A stretch of DNA of 64,000 bases from Patescibacteria group bacterium (GTDB lineage Bacteria > Patescibacteriota > Microgenomatia > UBA1400 > UBA1449). The number at the start of each line of letters is the position of its first letter. Positions within the stretch are counted from its first letter, which is position 1. The notes below the pieces were generated by a model, which was not told the origin of the DNA, searched no databases, and saw only the letters and a list, made by a program, of their open reading frames with translations. Of this stretch, positions 28,998-38,635 are shown piece after piece. The position numbers and the translations under genes are program-made. The stretch is from positions 32,762-96,761 of the forward strand of contig JBMNOG010000002.1 of assembly GCA_050942955.1 (NCBI GenBank). The letters run 5' to 3'.

Positions 28998-31187
28998 CTA
29001 GTTTTCTATTGCGGCGGGAAGGGAAAAATAAAAGGTAGAACCTTTATTTTCGGTACTTTTGACCCAAATCTTTCCCTCATGGAGTCTCACAATTTCCCGA
29101 GAAATGTAGAGTCCAAGACCTAGGTTTGACAACTCCTTAGTCTGCCGGCTACTAATTCTATAAAAACGGTTAAAAATCTTCTGCTGTTTACTCTTGGGTA
29201 TACCTATCCCAAAATCCTGCACCGCTACAGTAATACTACCATTTCTTTTATACGATTTCACAATTATCTTTTTGCCATGAGGAGAGTACTTGACTGCGTT
29301 TGAGAGTAAATTAATAAGTACTTGGGAAATTCTATCCTTATCTGCTACCACTGTTCCTTTGACTTTACTCTGATTAATGATTGTATGCTTCTTAGCTGTA
29401 GCTTTTACACTTTCAATTGCTTCATTTATTACTTCAGCAATCAGAAACTCTTTTTTGCTAAGCGGCAGTTTTCCGGAATTAATGCGAGTAACATCCAAAA
29501 GCTCTGAGATAAGATTTGTAAGGCGGTCAACCTGTTTATCCATTTTTTTAAGGTAGTCAATTACTTCCGGATCCTCATACTCGGCAAGATATCTCTGCAA
29601 AAACTGAGCATATGCTTTGATAGTAGTAATGGGATTTTTTAGTTCATGACTGGCCATGCCTATAAACTCATCTTTACGTTTTTCAGCTTCCTTTTGTTCT
29701 GTAATATCTAAAAGGAAACTAATCCCTTCGCCTTTAACTTCATCGGTCATCGCCCCCCCTACTAAAACCGGAACACGACTGCCATCCTTTCTAATAAATT
29801 CTTTTTCGTAAGGTTCGCTGTAGCCCTTTGTCTTAATCTTGTTAGTAGCTTCCTTAGTAACTTCTAAATATTCAGGTGCCGTTGCTTTAATCCAGCTTAT
29901 CCTACCTTTTTCCAAATCCTCTCTGGTATACCCAAGAGTATCCAGAAAGGCATCATTAGCGTCCAAGATCAAACCATCTATTCTTTCAATACTTACACCA
30001 ATAATATTGGAGTTAAACAGCGCTTTAAACCTGGCCTCACTACGACGAATCAATTCTTCAGTAGCCTTGCGCTCGGTTATGTCTGTGAACGTGACTACAG
30101 TACCTACAGTTTTCTCTTTCTCAACAATTGGGTAGGATGATAATTCTACCGGAAACCAATTGCCATCCTTTCGCCATAGAATTTCATCGTCACTCCTAAC
30201 TCCTTTGCCTGTTGTAAATGTTGCGTACATAGGACATTTATGTTCAGGGTATTCTTCACCTGTTTTAGTTTTGCCATGAACTATTTGGTGCATGTTTTTC
30301 CCAACAAGCTCTCTGTACACATAGCCTAACTGATTACAAGCCGCCTTATTCACAAAAGTACAGCGACCTCTAAGATCTAGCCCATAAATTCCTTGATCGG
30401 TGGACTGGAGCAGCTGGCTAAATTCCTGTTCACGTTTCTTGAGTTTTTCTTCAGCATGTTTCTGTTTTGTGACATCGCTTACAAAAACTCCAACTCCGAT
30501 TGTTTCCCCATTAGTTGATTTGACAGGATAGAAGCTTTCACGCCAATACACTGTCTCAGAGGGATTTTGTTTTGTGTTACCTGAAACCTCAAAGTTAAGT
30601 ACCGGTTTGCCTGTATTCAATACTTTTTTCAAAATTCTTGTTACTTGTTTTTCCAGAGAGGGGATAACTTCACCAATAGTCTTACCAACATGTTCAGATT
30701 CTGAAAGATTATTTATATCAGCCAACTGTTTATTCACTAGCTTATAGCGCAAGTTCTTGTCAAAAAGAGCAAACCCAATGGATGCAGAGCTAAGGATTGT
30801 ATTAAGAAGAGCTAGACTGGTTTCCTTATCCTCTGAAACTAATTTACGCTTAGTAATATTTTTAAAGTAAATTGTAAGACTGCTTCCGGAAGGGTAGAAG
30901 TTCGCTTCATACCAAGAGTTAAGAGAGGGAACAAAAGCTTCTACATGTCTTGATTTACCTGTTTCTCTGGCTTTTTTGGCACACGTATAAAATTTTGTTT
31001 TTTTGATTCCAGGAAATTCCTCACCAAAATCCTTGCCCAAGAGGTTTGTTCTGGTTTTTTTTAGAAGTTTTTCCGCTTTTCTATTGATATACGTCACTCT
31101 CCAGTCTTTATCAACAGCTAAAAAAGCATCAGTAATGCTTTCCAGTATCTCCGCAGCTTGTTTATTATATCTAGTTATTTTCATCAT
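28998..31187 (-). CDS. Cytoplasmic multi-PAS sensor histidine kinase
   Basis: No TM segments; at least three PAS-like modules; HisKA H-box FIGMASHELKNPITTIKAYAQ; HATPase_c N/G boxes (LINLLSNAVKYS, DFGIGIPKSKQQKIFNRFYR, GLGLGLYISREIV). Confidence 0.85.
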   Translation of the reverse strand: MMKITRYNKQAAEILESITDAFLAVDKDWRVTYINRKAEKLLKKTRTNLLGKDFGEEFPGIKKTKFYTCAKKARETGKSRHVEAFVPSLNSWYEANFYPSGSSLTIYFKNITKRKLVSEDKETSLALLNTILSSASIGFALFDKNLRYKLVNKQLADINNLSESEHVGKTIGEVIPSLEKQVTRILKKVLNTGKPVLNFEVSGNTKQNPSETVYWRESFYPVKSTNGETIGVGVFVSDVTKQKHAEEKLKKREQEFSQLLQSTDQGIYGLDLRGRCTFVNKAACNQLGYVYRELVGKNMHQIVHGKTKTGEEYPEHKCPMYATFTTGKGVRSDDEILWRKDGNWFPVELSSYPIVEKEKTVGTVVTFTDITERKATEELIRRSEARFKALFNSNIIGVSIERIDGLILDANDAFLDTLGYTREDLEKGRISWIKATAPEYLEVTKEATNKIKTKGYSEPYEKEFIRKDGSRVPVLVGGAMTDEVKGEGISFLLDITEQKEAEKRKDEFIGMASHELKNPITTIKAYAQFLQRYLAEYEDPEVIDYLKKMDKQVDRLTNLISELLDVTRINSGKLPLSKKEFLIAEVINEAIESVKATAKKHTIINQSKVKGTVVADKDRISQVLINLLSNAVKYSPHGKKIIVKSYKRNGSITVAVQDFGIGIPKSKQQKIFNRFYRISSRQTKELSNLGLGLYISREIVRLHEGKIWVKSTENKGSTFYFSLPAAIEN

Positions 31188-31303
31188 GCAGCAAAGGTTT
31201 TAACCACATTTCAACCGCTACGTTTTCACTGTTATTATTGTAGCGCAATAACCGGAAATTGTCAGCAGTCAACAGTCTTTATTGCTTGCTAAGAAGGGAT
31301 TTT

Positions 31304-31669
31304 TTAATCGACGTTATTTAACGTTTCACCTTCAATCATATCCCTTTCTGTAAATTCTTCGAGGATCATTAAGTTACGGTGGTTAGCCCTATAAGCAAAG
31401 TCGCCGATATCACCAGCTATAGGAACTAAACTGATAATAAAGTCTAAAATGACATTGAAAAGCATCTGTCCAATTTTCTCTCCTGGTAAGTTCATCTGTA
31501 TTCCAACCCATATAAGATATAATGACAAAAGTAAGGCAAGTACATCCCCTAAACCAGGAATAAGCCCCAAAAGTGGCTCTAGACCAAACCGGAAGCCTAA
31601 AATACTAAACTGGTTTTCAAGAATATTGGTAAGAGTACTGGCAAACCGCAAATGTGATTTTGTTTGCAT
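31304..31669 (-). CDS. DUF4112-family small membrane protein
   Basis: GLEPLLGLIPGLGDVLALLLSLYLI and a second IAGDIGDFAY motif. Confidence 0.6.
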   Translation of the reverse strand: MQTKSHLRFASTLTNILENQFSILGFRFGLEPLLGLIPGLGDVLALLLSLYLIWVGIQMNLPGEKIGQMLFNVILDFIISLVPIAGDIGDFAYRANHRNLMILEEFTERDMIEGETLNNVD

Positions 31670-31704
31670 AAAGGAATAAGAATTCAGGTGTTAGGCCCTG
31701 ATGT

Positions 31705-32241
31705 TCATTCTCTAAATTGGATGGTTCCAACAACTGCATCCAGTAATTGTTCGACTTCCTCATCTTCTGACGCCAGTGTAACATGCAGACCAAACGAACC
31801 TTGTTGATTATGACCGGTTGTAAAGTAGTCGTAAGAAATTGCATTTTGCACCAGTCTAATCCACTTCTTACCCTTTCTACCTCCAATAATAATTTCTTGT
31901 TCTGAAATAGTATCTCTGGGATTCATGCTACTAAATTCCACAGGGAAAAACCCGACAGTCTGATCCATAGCTTCAGGGATTCCTAAAAATACAAGTTCAT
32001 AACTCCCTTCTGTGAGAGATATTGACTGAGGTGACCAGTAGGGTGGGTATTGAAAAGTAAGGTATTTACCTTCAAAAGTCACGAGGTTATTAAACGAAGG
32101 TTTTGGAGATAGGAAATTAAGCGTACTAAATAACTTTTCCAAATCCTCACCAGATACATTCATTACCAGTACAAGCCCAGCCACAGCAAGTGCTAGAAGC
32201 CCTAACCAGAAAGCTAACATCCACTTTACAAAAAGAGACAT
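31705..32241 (-). CDS. Membrane-anchored hypothetical protein
   Basis: N-terminal TM segment WMLAFWLGLLALAVAGLVLV. Confidence 0.45.
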   Translation of the reverse strand: MSLFVKWMLAFWLGLLALAVAGLVLVMNVSGEDLEKLFSTLNFLSPKPSFNNLVTFEGKYLTFQYPPYWSPQSISLTEGSYELVFLGIPEAMDQTVGFFPVEFSSMNPRDTISEQEIIIGGRKGKKWIRLVQNAISYDYFTTGHNQQGSFGLHVTLASEDEEVEQLLDAVVGTIQFRE

Positions 32242-32372
32242 TACATAAGTGTACGCAGAAGGGGTAAGGGGCCAATTAGAATCTTGAAAGGCTTAAGTAA
32301 GACTGTAGCTTATTTTTTACTGAGGAAAATATATGCTAGAATGAGGTATTACTTACTTTTCCAATTTAAAAT

Positions 32373-32888
32373 ATGGCAACCAAACAAACTGTTAAAAAAA
32401 ATACTTCAAAAAAAACTGGAAGAACTACTTCCAAAAAAGCACCTGAAAAAAATATCCCGTTACCACAAAAACTGCGCCGCTCTGAAACCGACCATATGAT
32501 TGGTGGAGTTGCTGGAGGATTAGGCACCTATTTTGCAATTGATCCAACTATTATCCGCCTTGTTTTTGTTTTACTGTTTGTTTTTGGCGGATCAGGTTTA
32601 CTCCTGTACCTCATTCTCTGGATTATCGTTCCCTCTGAGTCTCAGCTCTACTCTTCTTCAGAGGAAAGTATTAAGCAAAATGCCGGTGAAGTTAAAGAAA
32701 AGACTACCAAGTTTGCACGAGATATTTCGGGGACTGATTCCAGGTACTTTTGGGGGCTTTTCTTAATAATTATTGGCTTTGTGTTTCTCCTTAGAAACTT
32801 CGGTATTTTCCGATTTGTCAGGTTTGATGTTATCTGGCCGCTAGCACTAATAATTTTAGGGCTAAATATATTAGTTAAAAACAAGTAG
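32373..32888 (+). CDS. PspC-domain membrane protein
   Basis: LRRSETDHMIGGVAGGLGTYFAIDPTIIRLVFVLL matches the PspC domain; Lys-rich N-terminus; two TM segments. Confidence 0.8.
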   Translation: MATKQTVKKNTSKKTGRTTSKKAPEKNIPLPQKLRRSETDHMIGGVAGGLGTYFAIDPTIIRLVFVLLFVFGGSGLLLYLILWIIVPSESQLYSSSEESIKQNAGEVKEKTTKFARDISGTDSRYFWGLFLIIIGFVFLLRNFGIFRFVRFDVIWPLALIILGLNILVKNK

Positions 32889-32891
32889 TCT

Positions 32892-33926
32892 ATGGAAGAA
32901 ACCATAAAATCAACTAGTTCTAATAGCCAGAAGGAGCAAGGTTCTAGAGAAAGGTCGGAAGGTGGAGGTCTGGCGGCAGCTACTCTTATTTTTCTGGGTG
33001 TAATTTTTTTACTAAATAACCTTGGATTTCTTCCGTGGTCAGTCTGGGAGCAGTTATGGCGTTTTTGGCCGCTTATTTTGGTCTTTGCCGGCTTGGAGAT
33101 TCTTTTAGGCAAATCTCGCGTTTCCCGTTGGTTTATTTTCATTATCAGCCTGATAGTATTTTTGGTTCTTCTTGTTATCGTAGCCGCTCCCATAAATTCA
33201 AGACTGAGTAGGTTTGCTGAGAGATATCTTGGCAAAGTATATGTTCAAAGCCAAAAAGCGCTTAATAAAAAACACAGACAGATAAAAACTCTCAAGGTAA
33301 GCGAAACAAACTATCTGAACTCCAGCACCAAAAGCAGAGATATCTTTATTAACTTTGGTATCGGCAAACTAGAATTAATCGATAGTAACAGCAGAGATTT
33401 TTTTGAAGTTACCGCTACTTACTATCCGGGCTTTGGAGAACCAACGCTTGACCAAACATTTGCAGGTAGTAACCTGCAGATTAATCTTGATACCATTCAA
33501 AACACAGGAATGTTCCCTACTGACCAAGAAATCCATTACGATGCAGTTATCGGCAGGTCAGAACTACCTACTACAGTTTCACTAAAGCTTGGAGCAGGAA
33601 AGGCAGAAATATATCTAGACCAAACCAGTATGCGCAAAATAGGTATCGATGTTGGAGCCGGTTCTGCTGATATTACCCTTACCAGAGAAAGTCTGCCCAA
33701 TGAGATTTCCACAGTTGAAGTTGGAGTTGGTTCAGTGTTTCTATCTGTTCCGCAAAATACTGCATTAAAGGTCCATCATGATGTCGGGATAGGGAGACTT
33801 GAGATTGAAAATAATCAGCTTCAAGGTAAAGGAACATACATAACTCCAGGGTATGAAAGTACCGTAGAAAAAATGGAGCTAAGTGTCAAAGTGGAAGTGG
33901 GATCTGTTAAGATTAAGCAAGTTTAA
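32892..33926 (+). CDS. LiaF-like / DUF4097 (putative-adhesin beta-strand repeat) membrane protein, partner of PspC
   Basis: N-terminal LiaF-type TM pair (LIFLGVIFLLNNLGFLPW..WRFWPLILVFAGLEILLG). C-terminal repeated VGAGSADITL / VGVGSVFLSV / VGIGRLEIE / VEVGSVKIK strands. Confidence 0.65.
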   Translation: MEETIKSTSSNSQKEQGSRERSEGGGLAAATLIFLGVIFLLNNLGFLPWSVWEQLWRFWPLILVFAGLEILLGKSRVSRWFIFIISLIVFLVLLVIVAAPINSRLSRFAERYLGKVYVQSQKALNKKHRQIKTLKVSETNYLNSSTKSRDIFINFGIGKLELIDSNSRDFFEVTATYYPGFGEPTLDQTFAGSNLQINLDTIQNTGMFPTDQEIHYDAVIGRSELPTTVSLKLGAGKAEIYLDQTSMRKIGIDVGAGSADITLTRESLPNEISTVEVGVGSVFLSVPQNTALKVHHDVGIGRLEIENNQLQGKGTYITPGYESTVEKMELSVKVEVGSVKIKQV

Positions 33927-33931
33927 GTACA

Positions 33932-34621
33932 CTACTGGGTAAAAATTCTAAGGGTCGAGAGCATTGTATCTATTGTCTCTTCAAAACCCTGACCAGTCGG
34001 GTCTTCTGTATTATTAACAATTTCCAGGTAGCGGTCTTCTCCCTGAGGCAAGAATATGTAACTTCTGGTCCCTAGGCTTGTCACCTCAAATGTGTATCCT
34101 TGATAGCTCGCTACTGTTATAGGCTGAGATTCAGTAATTTCTTCCACAACAGGATTATCCTGTAAAGACTGGACTCTTTGTTGCACAAATTCCTGGAGAG
34201 TCATATCTCCCAAAGATCCTGAATCAAACGCTAGACTGATACCATCGTAAAACTCTGTGCCGGTTCTTTGCGTGGGTCCGAACTGAATAAAGCTTACTGT
34301 GTCATCTGTCGGCCTTTCGACTCTTACTTCAGGAGGGTAAAGGATCCTAAAACCAATATCTTCAGAACTAAATAACTCCCACTCAGCTACTTCATCCGGT
34401 GTTGGCGTAGGAGTTAGGTCCGGACTAAGCGCATCTCCAGACGTTGCTGTTGGGCTAGGTGAAAGGGTGGGACTTCCAACCGGAGTAGGCGTAGGAGATG
34501 GAGTAGTAACTCCATTCCCCCCAACACCATTTTGAGAAAGATACACTCCTATCCCAATTAGAACAATGATTGCCAGAGTTATTAAGATAATATAAGGTGT
34601 GACAATCCCTTTACTCTTCAT
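33932..34621 (-). CDS. Membrane-anchored hypothetical protein with a Pro/Thr/Ser linker
   Basis: TM segment YIILITLAIIVLIGIGVYL; linker TTPSPTPTPVGSPTLSPSPT; globular C-terminal domain. Confidence 0.5.
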   Translation of the reverse strand: MKSKGIVTPYIILITLAIIVLIGIGVYLSQNGVGGNGVTTPSPTPTPVGSPTLSPSPTATSGDALSPDLTPTPTPDEVAEWELFSSEDIGFRILYPPEVRVERPTDDTVSFIQFGPTQRTGTEFYDGISLAFDSGSLGDMTLQEFVQQRVQSLQDNPVVEEITESQPITVASYQGYTFEVTSLGTRSYIFLPQGEDRYLEIVNNTEDPTGQGFEETIDTMLSTLRIFTQ

Positions 34622-34638
34622 TTTTCAGATATGCTATG

Positions 34639-35061
34639 TTAGTTTTTGTACTTCGGAGCCCTGAAATCGTTTGTGTGAATACAGTACGTTTCTCCTTCTT
34701 TTAAATAATCTCCCCAATAGTTGTCTCCATCCGGACCGGTTACCGTCATTTTAAACCAGTTATCCGGACACTCTTCGTCTTTTGCCAGTTTCCAAACACT
34801 GTGATCACCTTCAATAATTCCTCCATCTTCTTCGGACCAACCATAAAACCATTGCTGGAAGACACCGCTGTTACCGGCTTTCATTACCAAATCTTTACCC
34901 TCATGGTATTCTTCCTCACCCGGAATTCCGTGCGGCCCTTCTTCATAGTAGGCCACTACATTAGAGTTTTTATCAGCTGCTTTAAATGGGGCAGCCTTAA
35001 CAGTACCTGCAAGAAAGAAGAGTAAACTTAAAACCGTTGCAAGTATAATTAGTTTCTTCAT
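34639..35061 (-). CDS. Small secreted protein, hypothetical
   Basis: Signal peptide MKKLIILATVLSLLFFLAGTVKA; RBS GGAGGTG upstream. Confidence 0.5.
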   Translation of the reverse strand: MKKLIILATVLSLLFFLAGTVKAAPFKAADKNSNVVAYYEEGPHGIPGEEEYHEGKDLVMKAGNSGVFQQWFYGWSEEDGGIIEGDHSVWKLAKDEECPDNWFKMTVTGPDGDNYWGDYLKEGETYCIHTNDFRAPKYKN

Positions 35062-35243
35062 ACTTCACCTCCTTTCGATAGTTTTACAGATTTCATACTC
35101 AGATTATTTACTGAGAAACCAATCATACTGAGATAACTTAAAAGACCAGTTACAAAAGGTTAAAGGTTATGTAAGAAAAACGGTTTTAGCCTGGATTCTG
35201 ATTTTGAGTTTGTTATAATCATAAAGGACAAGATTGTCCTTTT

Positions 35244-35900
35244 TTGTTTTTTCACACTATTATGAAAATTTTTGAAAAAGTTACCAACTGGTATAAAGAC
35301 CTTCCGGAAAAGAAAAGATATCTGGAGTTTATATCTGCAGTTCTGAGTATTGGTGTTATGCTAACAGTTATTGTTAATAATGTTGATAACATTAACAGCA
35401 GAAAAAGTTTGCAAAATGCGCCAGACAAAGACAAGCCCACTCCCACTCCTCAAGTAATTAGGGTAGAGGTAGATAAAAATAACAGCGAAAGTGAAGCAGA
35501 AGCTAAATCAACACAAACTCCATCTGTTTCACCTAAACCTACCCCTGAGCCCACTGCCGCCCCAAAAGATGTATGTAAAAAAGAAGTCGGGCCGATTGAG
35601 ATTGTTTACCCTGAAGAAAATGAAGTGATTAGTTCAGACCCGGTCTGTATTGACATCTCCCATAAACGGGAAGAGTACTGTGCTGTAGTTTGGGCATACA
35701 GAATAAACGGTAGCAACTGGTCAGACTACACTGACAAATCAATTTGTCTATACAATGTTACCCCGGGGGAAAAACTCTTTGAGCTAAGAGTTAAAAGCAT
35801 TGTTTCCGGAGATGAAATTCTCTTAAAGCGCCGGTTTACAGTGGAAGGGAGGAATCCGGAATCTTCTCCTGAAAGTTCCCCATCAGCACAAGCTAACTAA
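35244..35900 (+). CDS. Membrane-anchored hypothetical protein with a Pro/Thr linker and a Cys-containing C-terminal domain
   Basis: TM segment ISAVLSIGVMLTVIV; linker TPTPQ...SPKPTPEPTAAP. Confidence 0.45.
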   Translation: MFFHTIMKIFEKVTNWYKDLPEKKRYLEFISAVLSIGVMLTVIVNNVDNINSRKSLQNAPDKDKPTPTPQVIRVEVDKNNSESEAEAKSTQTPSVSPKPTPEPTAAPKDVCKKEVGPIEIVYPEENEVISSDPVCIDISHKREEYCAVVWAYRINGSNWSDYTDKSICLYNVTPGEKLFELRVKSIVSGDEILLKRRFTVEGRNPESSPESSPSAQAN

Positions 35901-35901
35901 T

Positions 35902-36381
35902 TTACGTTACTTCTTCTTTCGTACCAATTCCGGTTCTAAGCATAAATACGTGACGTTTTATAGTCGCCAATTCTAGATCCTGGTTTTGCAGTGCTTGTTC
36001 ATGTTCTTTAACAATCTCTGAAATATCTTTTTCTAAGTCCTCAGGTAAAACCGGATTTACAGACCAGCCATTTTCACTCTCAATATTAGGAATAAGCACT
36101 ATAAACACATTTTCTCCATACATCTCTTTACAATATTGTAGTTCCTTTTTTGCCTCTCTGATTGATCTGTCAACAAAACTCCACTTACTCTTCCGCGGCA
36201 CTAAAGGGATAGCAGCAGTCGCTATCTTATCCCAAAACCCCTCAGGTACATCTCTGCTTACCCCCCAACCACTTCCGATTCCGGCTTCATCAAGAGCAGT
36301 AACTCTTTTACCATCATAGTACTCTGCATATCTTTGCCCTTCTCTCCCAATATTTTCTTCTTTCATATATAGTTTAGGCAC
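35902..36381 (-). CDS. Hypothetical 159-aa cytoplasmic protein. Its start overlaps the end of the M50 protease gene by 8 nt.
   Basis: ORF translationally coupled to the M50 gene upstream. Confidence 0.4.
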   Translation of the reverse strand: MPKLYMKEENIGREGQRYAEYYDGKRVTALDEAGIGSGWGVSRDVPEGFWDKIATAAIPLVPRKSKWSFVDRSIREAKKELQYCKEMYGENVFIVLIPNIESENGWSVNPVLPEDLEKDISEIVKEHEQALQNQDLELATIKRHVFMLRTGIGTKEEVT

Positions 36382-37159
36382 TTTCTCTGGCAGCTCTGTT
36401 TAGAAACCAACCCAGAAAAATTAACCATATTCCATTAAATAAACCAGCACCGAAAACTGGAATTTGTACACCCAGTATCATCAAAATACCTATGATAATA
36501 AAAGCCCAAGAGACCAAACGACCGCTCCAAACAGCAATATTAGTTGCTTTTGAAAAATTATCTGTAATCGCCCAAATTGTAGAACGTAAAACCCTACCTC
36601 CATCAAGTGGGAAACCGGGAATTAGATTAAATAATCCCAAAACAATATTTATGGGTCCTAGCCAAAGGAGAAGAGTAGTAAAAGGCCCCAGTTCAGTAAA
36701 CCTAGTTCCAAATTCTACCACTCCGCCTCTTAAAATATTCGTAGATATCCCCCCTATTAAAATTAAAATTATCCCTAAAGCGATACTGGTTAATGGTCCG
36801 ACTAAAGCCATCAAGAATTCTGTTTTGGGTGTTTGGGGTTTTTCTTCAATGTTTGAAATTCCGCCAAAAAGAAACAGCGTGATTTGGTTTACCGGCAAGC
36901 CTCTAGCCCGGGCCACAATTGAGTGGGCCAGTTCATGTGTCAGAACTGAAGCAAAGAAGAGGATAGAGGCAACCCCTGCCATTCCCCAGATTAGTAGCTG
37001 GCTCCAGTCTGGATGCAATACTGGAAAAACTGCCAAAGCTAAATCAATGGTTACAATAAGAAAGATAATAATCCAACTGGTATCAATCCCTATCTCGATA
37101 CCAACTATTCTTCCCAGTGTAAAACGTCCACCCATACTATTAAATTGTATGCTACCCAC
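36374..37159 (-). CDS. Peptidase M50 (site-2-protease-like) intramembrane metalloprotease
   Basis: HELAHSIVARARG (HExxH) inside a TM segment; multiple TM helices; 261 aa. Confidence 0.75.
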   Translation of the reverse strand: MGSIQFNSMGGRFTLGRIVGIEIGIDTSWIIIFLIVTIDLALAVFPVLHPDWSQLLIWGMAGVASILFFASVLTHELAHSIVARARGLPVNQITLFLFGGISNIEEKPQTPKTEFLMALVGPLTSIALGIILILIGGISTNILRGGVVEFGTRFTELGPFTTLLLWLGPINIVLGLFNLIPGFPLDGGRVLRSTIWAITDNFSKATNIAVWSGRLVSWAFIIIGILMILGVQIPVFGAGLFNGIWLIFLGWFLNRAARESA

Positions 37160-37258
37160 GTAAAACTGATGTGATAACTATGTAAGAAAGCAATAATACA
37201 AATTTTTAACAACTACTGTTTGATGAGAAATACGTACAAAAATTTTTGAACGGGAATG

Positions 37259-37942
37259 TTACTTTTTAATTTTTTTTGAAGCTTGCTGGGCACTCTGCTC
37301 CAGTTTATCCAGCATCCTGCTCGCCGCATCTCGCCCTCCAAGTCCGAAAGCCAGACCTACAGCCAGCGCAAAGGCCACCATTAGCCCGGAGAGAAGGATT
37401 TGAATTAGGGCAGGTGCTATGCCAAGTTCCTGCAGTACAATAAGACCAGTAAACACTAGAATAGAGTAGCGAGCAATTCCTGAAAGAATTGAAGAAACAT
37501 TTTCTCCCATACTTCTCGAAGTATTTCTAACTATATCTCCCAGAAGATTAGCAAAAATAAATCCAAGTAGCCCTATCACCACCGCTGCAATTACCTGAGG
37601 AAGGTACAGGATCAGTTGATTAATGACGTTAGTTACTCCTGGTACGTTCCAAGCTTCAAATGCCGGAATAAGAAAAAAGATTAAAACTGTCCAGAACACT
37701 AGTTGTGCCAGTATGGTAATCCATGTTTCCTGTTGTGATGATTTATCAACTCCAGCTCTAGATAACCAACCTCTAATATTAATTACTTCAAGAAGTTTGC
37801 GTACCCCGGCTCTCAAAACAGCAGCCACTATCCAACCGACTAACAGAATAACAATGCCGGCAATAAGATCAGGTATAAAAGCAATAATTGAGCTAAGAGC
37901 ATCTGCGAGGGAACTAATGATAGTTTCAACAATATTATTCAT
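37259..37942 (-). CDS. Membrane protein with two 'conserved TM helix' repeats (as found in MscS-associated proteins)
   Basis: Repeated IPDLIAGIVILLVGWIVAAVLR / LPQVIAAVVIGLLGFIFANLLGDIV modules. Confidence 0.5.
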   Translation of the reverse strand: MNNIVETIISSLADALSSIIAFIPDLIAGIVILLVGWIVAAVLRAGVRKLLEVINIRGWLSRAGVDKSSQQETWITILAQLVFWTVLIFFLIPAFEAWNVPGVTNVINQLILYLPQVIAAVVIGLLGFIFANLLGDIVRNTSRSMGENVSSILSGIARYSILVFTGLIVLQELGIAPALIQILLSGLMVAFALAVGLAFGLGGRDAASRMLDKLEQSAQQASKKIKK

Positions 37943-38112
37943 ATCGCAAAATAATATAAGCGAAGATTAAGATTTGGGTTAAAGAGAAGTATTAAATTCG
38001 TAAGAAAAAAGTATTAAATTATTAGTATTTTTATTAGTATCAGCTAAATAATATACTCAGAAACTGGCGCAAAATCTTAGAAAAACTCTGACCGCAAGTA
38101 TTGAGCTATAAT

Positions 38113-38574
38113 TTATTTCCCTTTTTCCTCAAACAATTTCCTGTACTCACCGTATCCTTCCTTTTCAAGATCGTTGAGAGGAATAAAACGCAAAGAAGCC
38201 GAGTTTATACAGTACCTCAGTCCCGTAGGTTCAGGCCCGTCGGGAAAAACATGGCCAAGGTGTGAATCAGACTTTCTGCTTCTAACTTCAGTTCTTGGGG
38301 TAAGTAGCTTATTATCCTCTTTCTCAACTATGCTCTCAGGCTTAAGAGGTTTAGTAAAACTCGTCCAACCGCACCCTGAATCATACTTATCCAAAGAGGT
38401 AAATAACGGTTCTCCGGAAACCACATCAACGTAAAGTCCGGGCTCATAGTTATCCCAATACTCATTGGCAAATGGCGGCTCTGTCACTTCATTTTGCGTA
38501 ACCTCATACTGCATTTTACTGAGTTTTCCTTTCAACTCAGACTTATCAGGTTTTTGTGTATCTTTCTTAGCCAT
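38113..38574 (-). CDS. msrB: Peptide-methionine (R)-S-oxide reductase
   Basis: [45 protein letters not shown]. Start taken at MAKKDT; the upstream in-frame extension is an alternate reading of the poly-Gly repeat. Confidence 0.85.
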   Translation of the reverse strand: MAKKDTQKPDKSELKGKLSKMQYEVTQNEVTEPPFANEYWDNYEPGLYVDVVSGEPLFTSLDKYDSGCGWTSFTKPLKPESIVEKEDNKLLTPRTEVRSRKSDSHLGHVFPDGPEPTGLRYCINSASLRFIPLNDLEKEGYGEYRKLFEEKGK

Positions 38575-38635
38575 AGGTAACGTAAGTTTAGAAGATTGAC
38601 ATGAAGTTCCAATGAAGTGTGGAGTAAAAGAGGTC

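Noticed and set aside
36492-37163. 223-aa plus-strand ORF
   Set aside because: It lies fully antisense to the M50 protease gene, whose HExxH motif and TM organisation identify the minus strand as coding.
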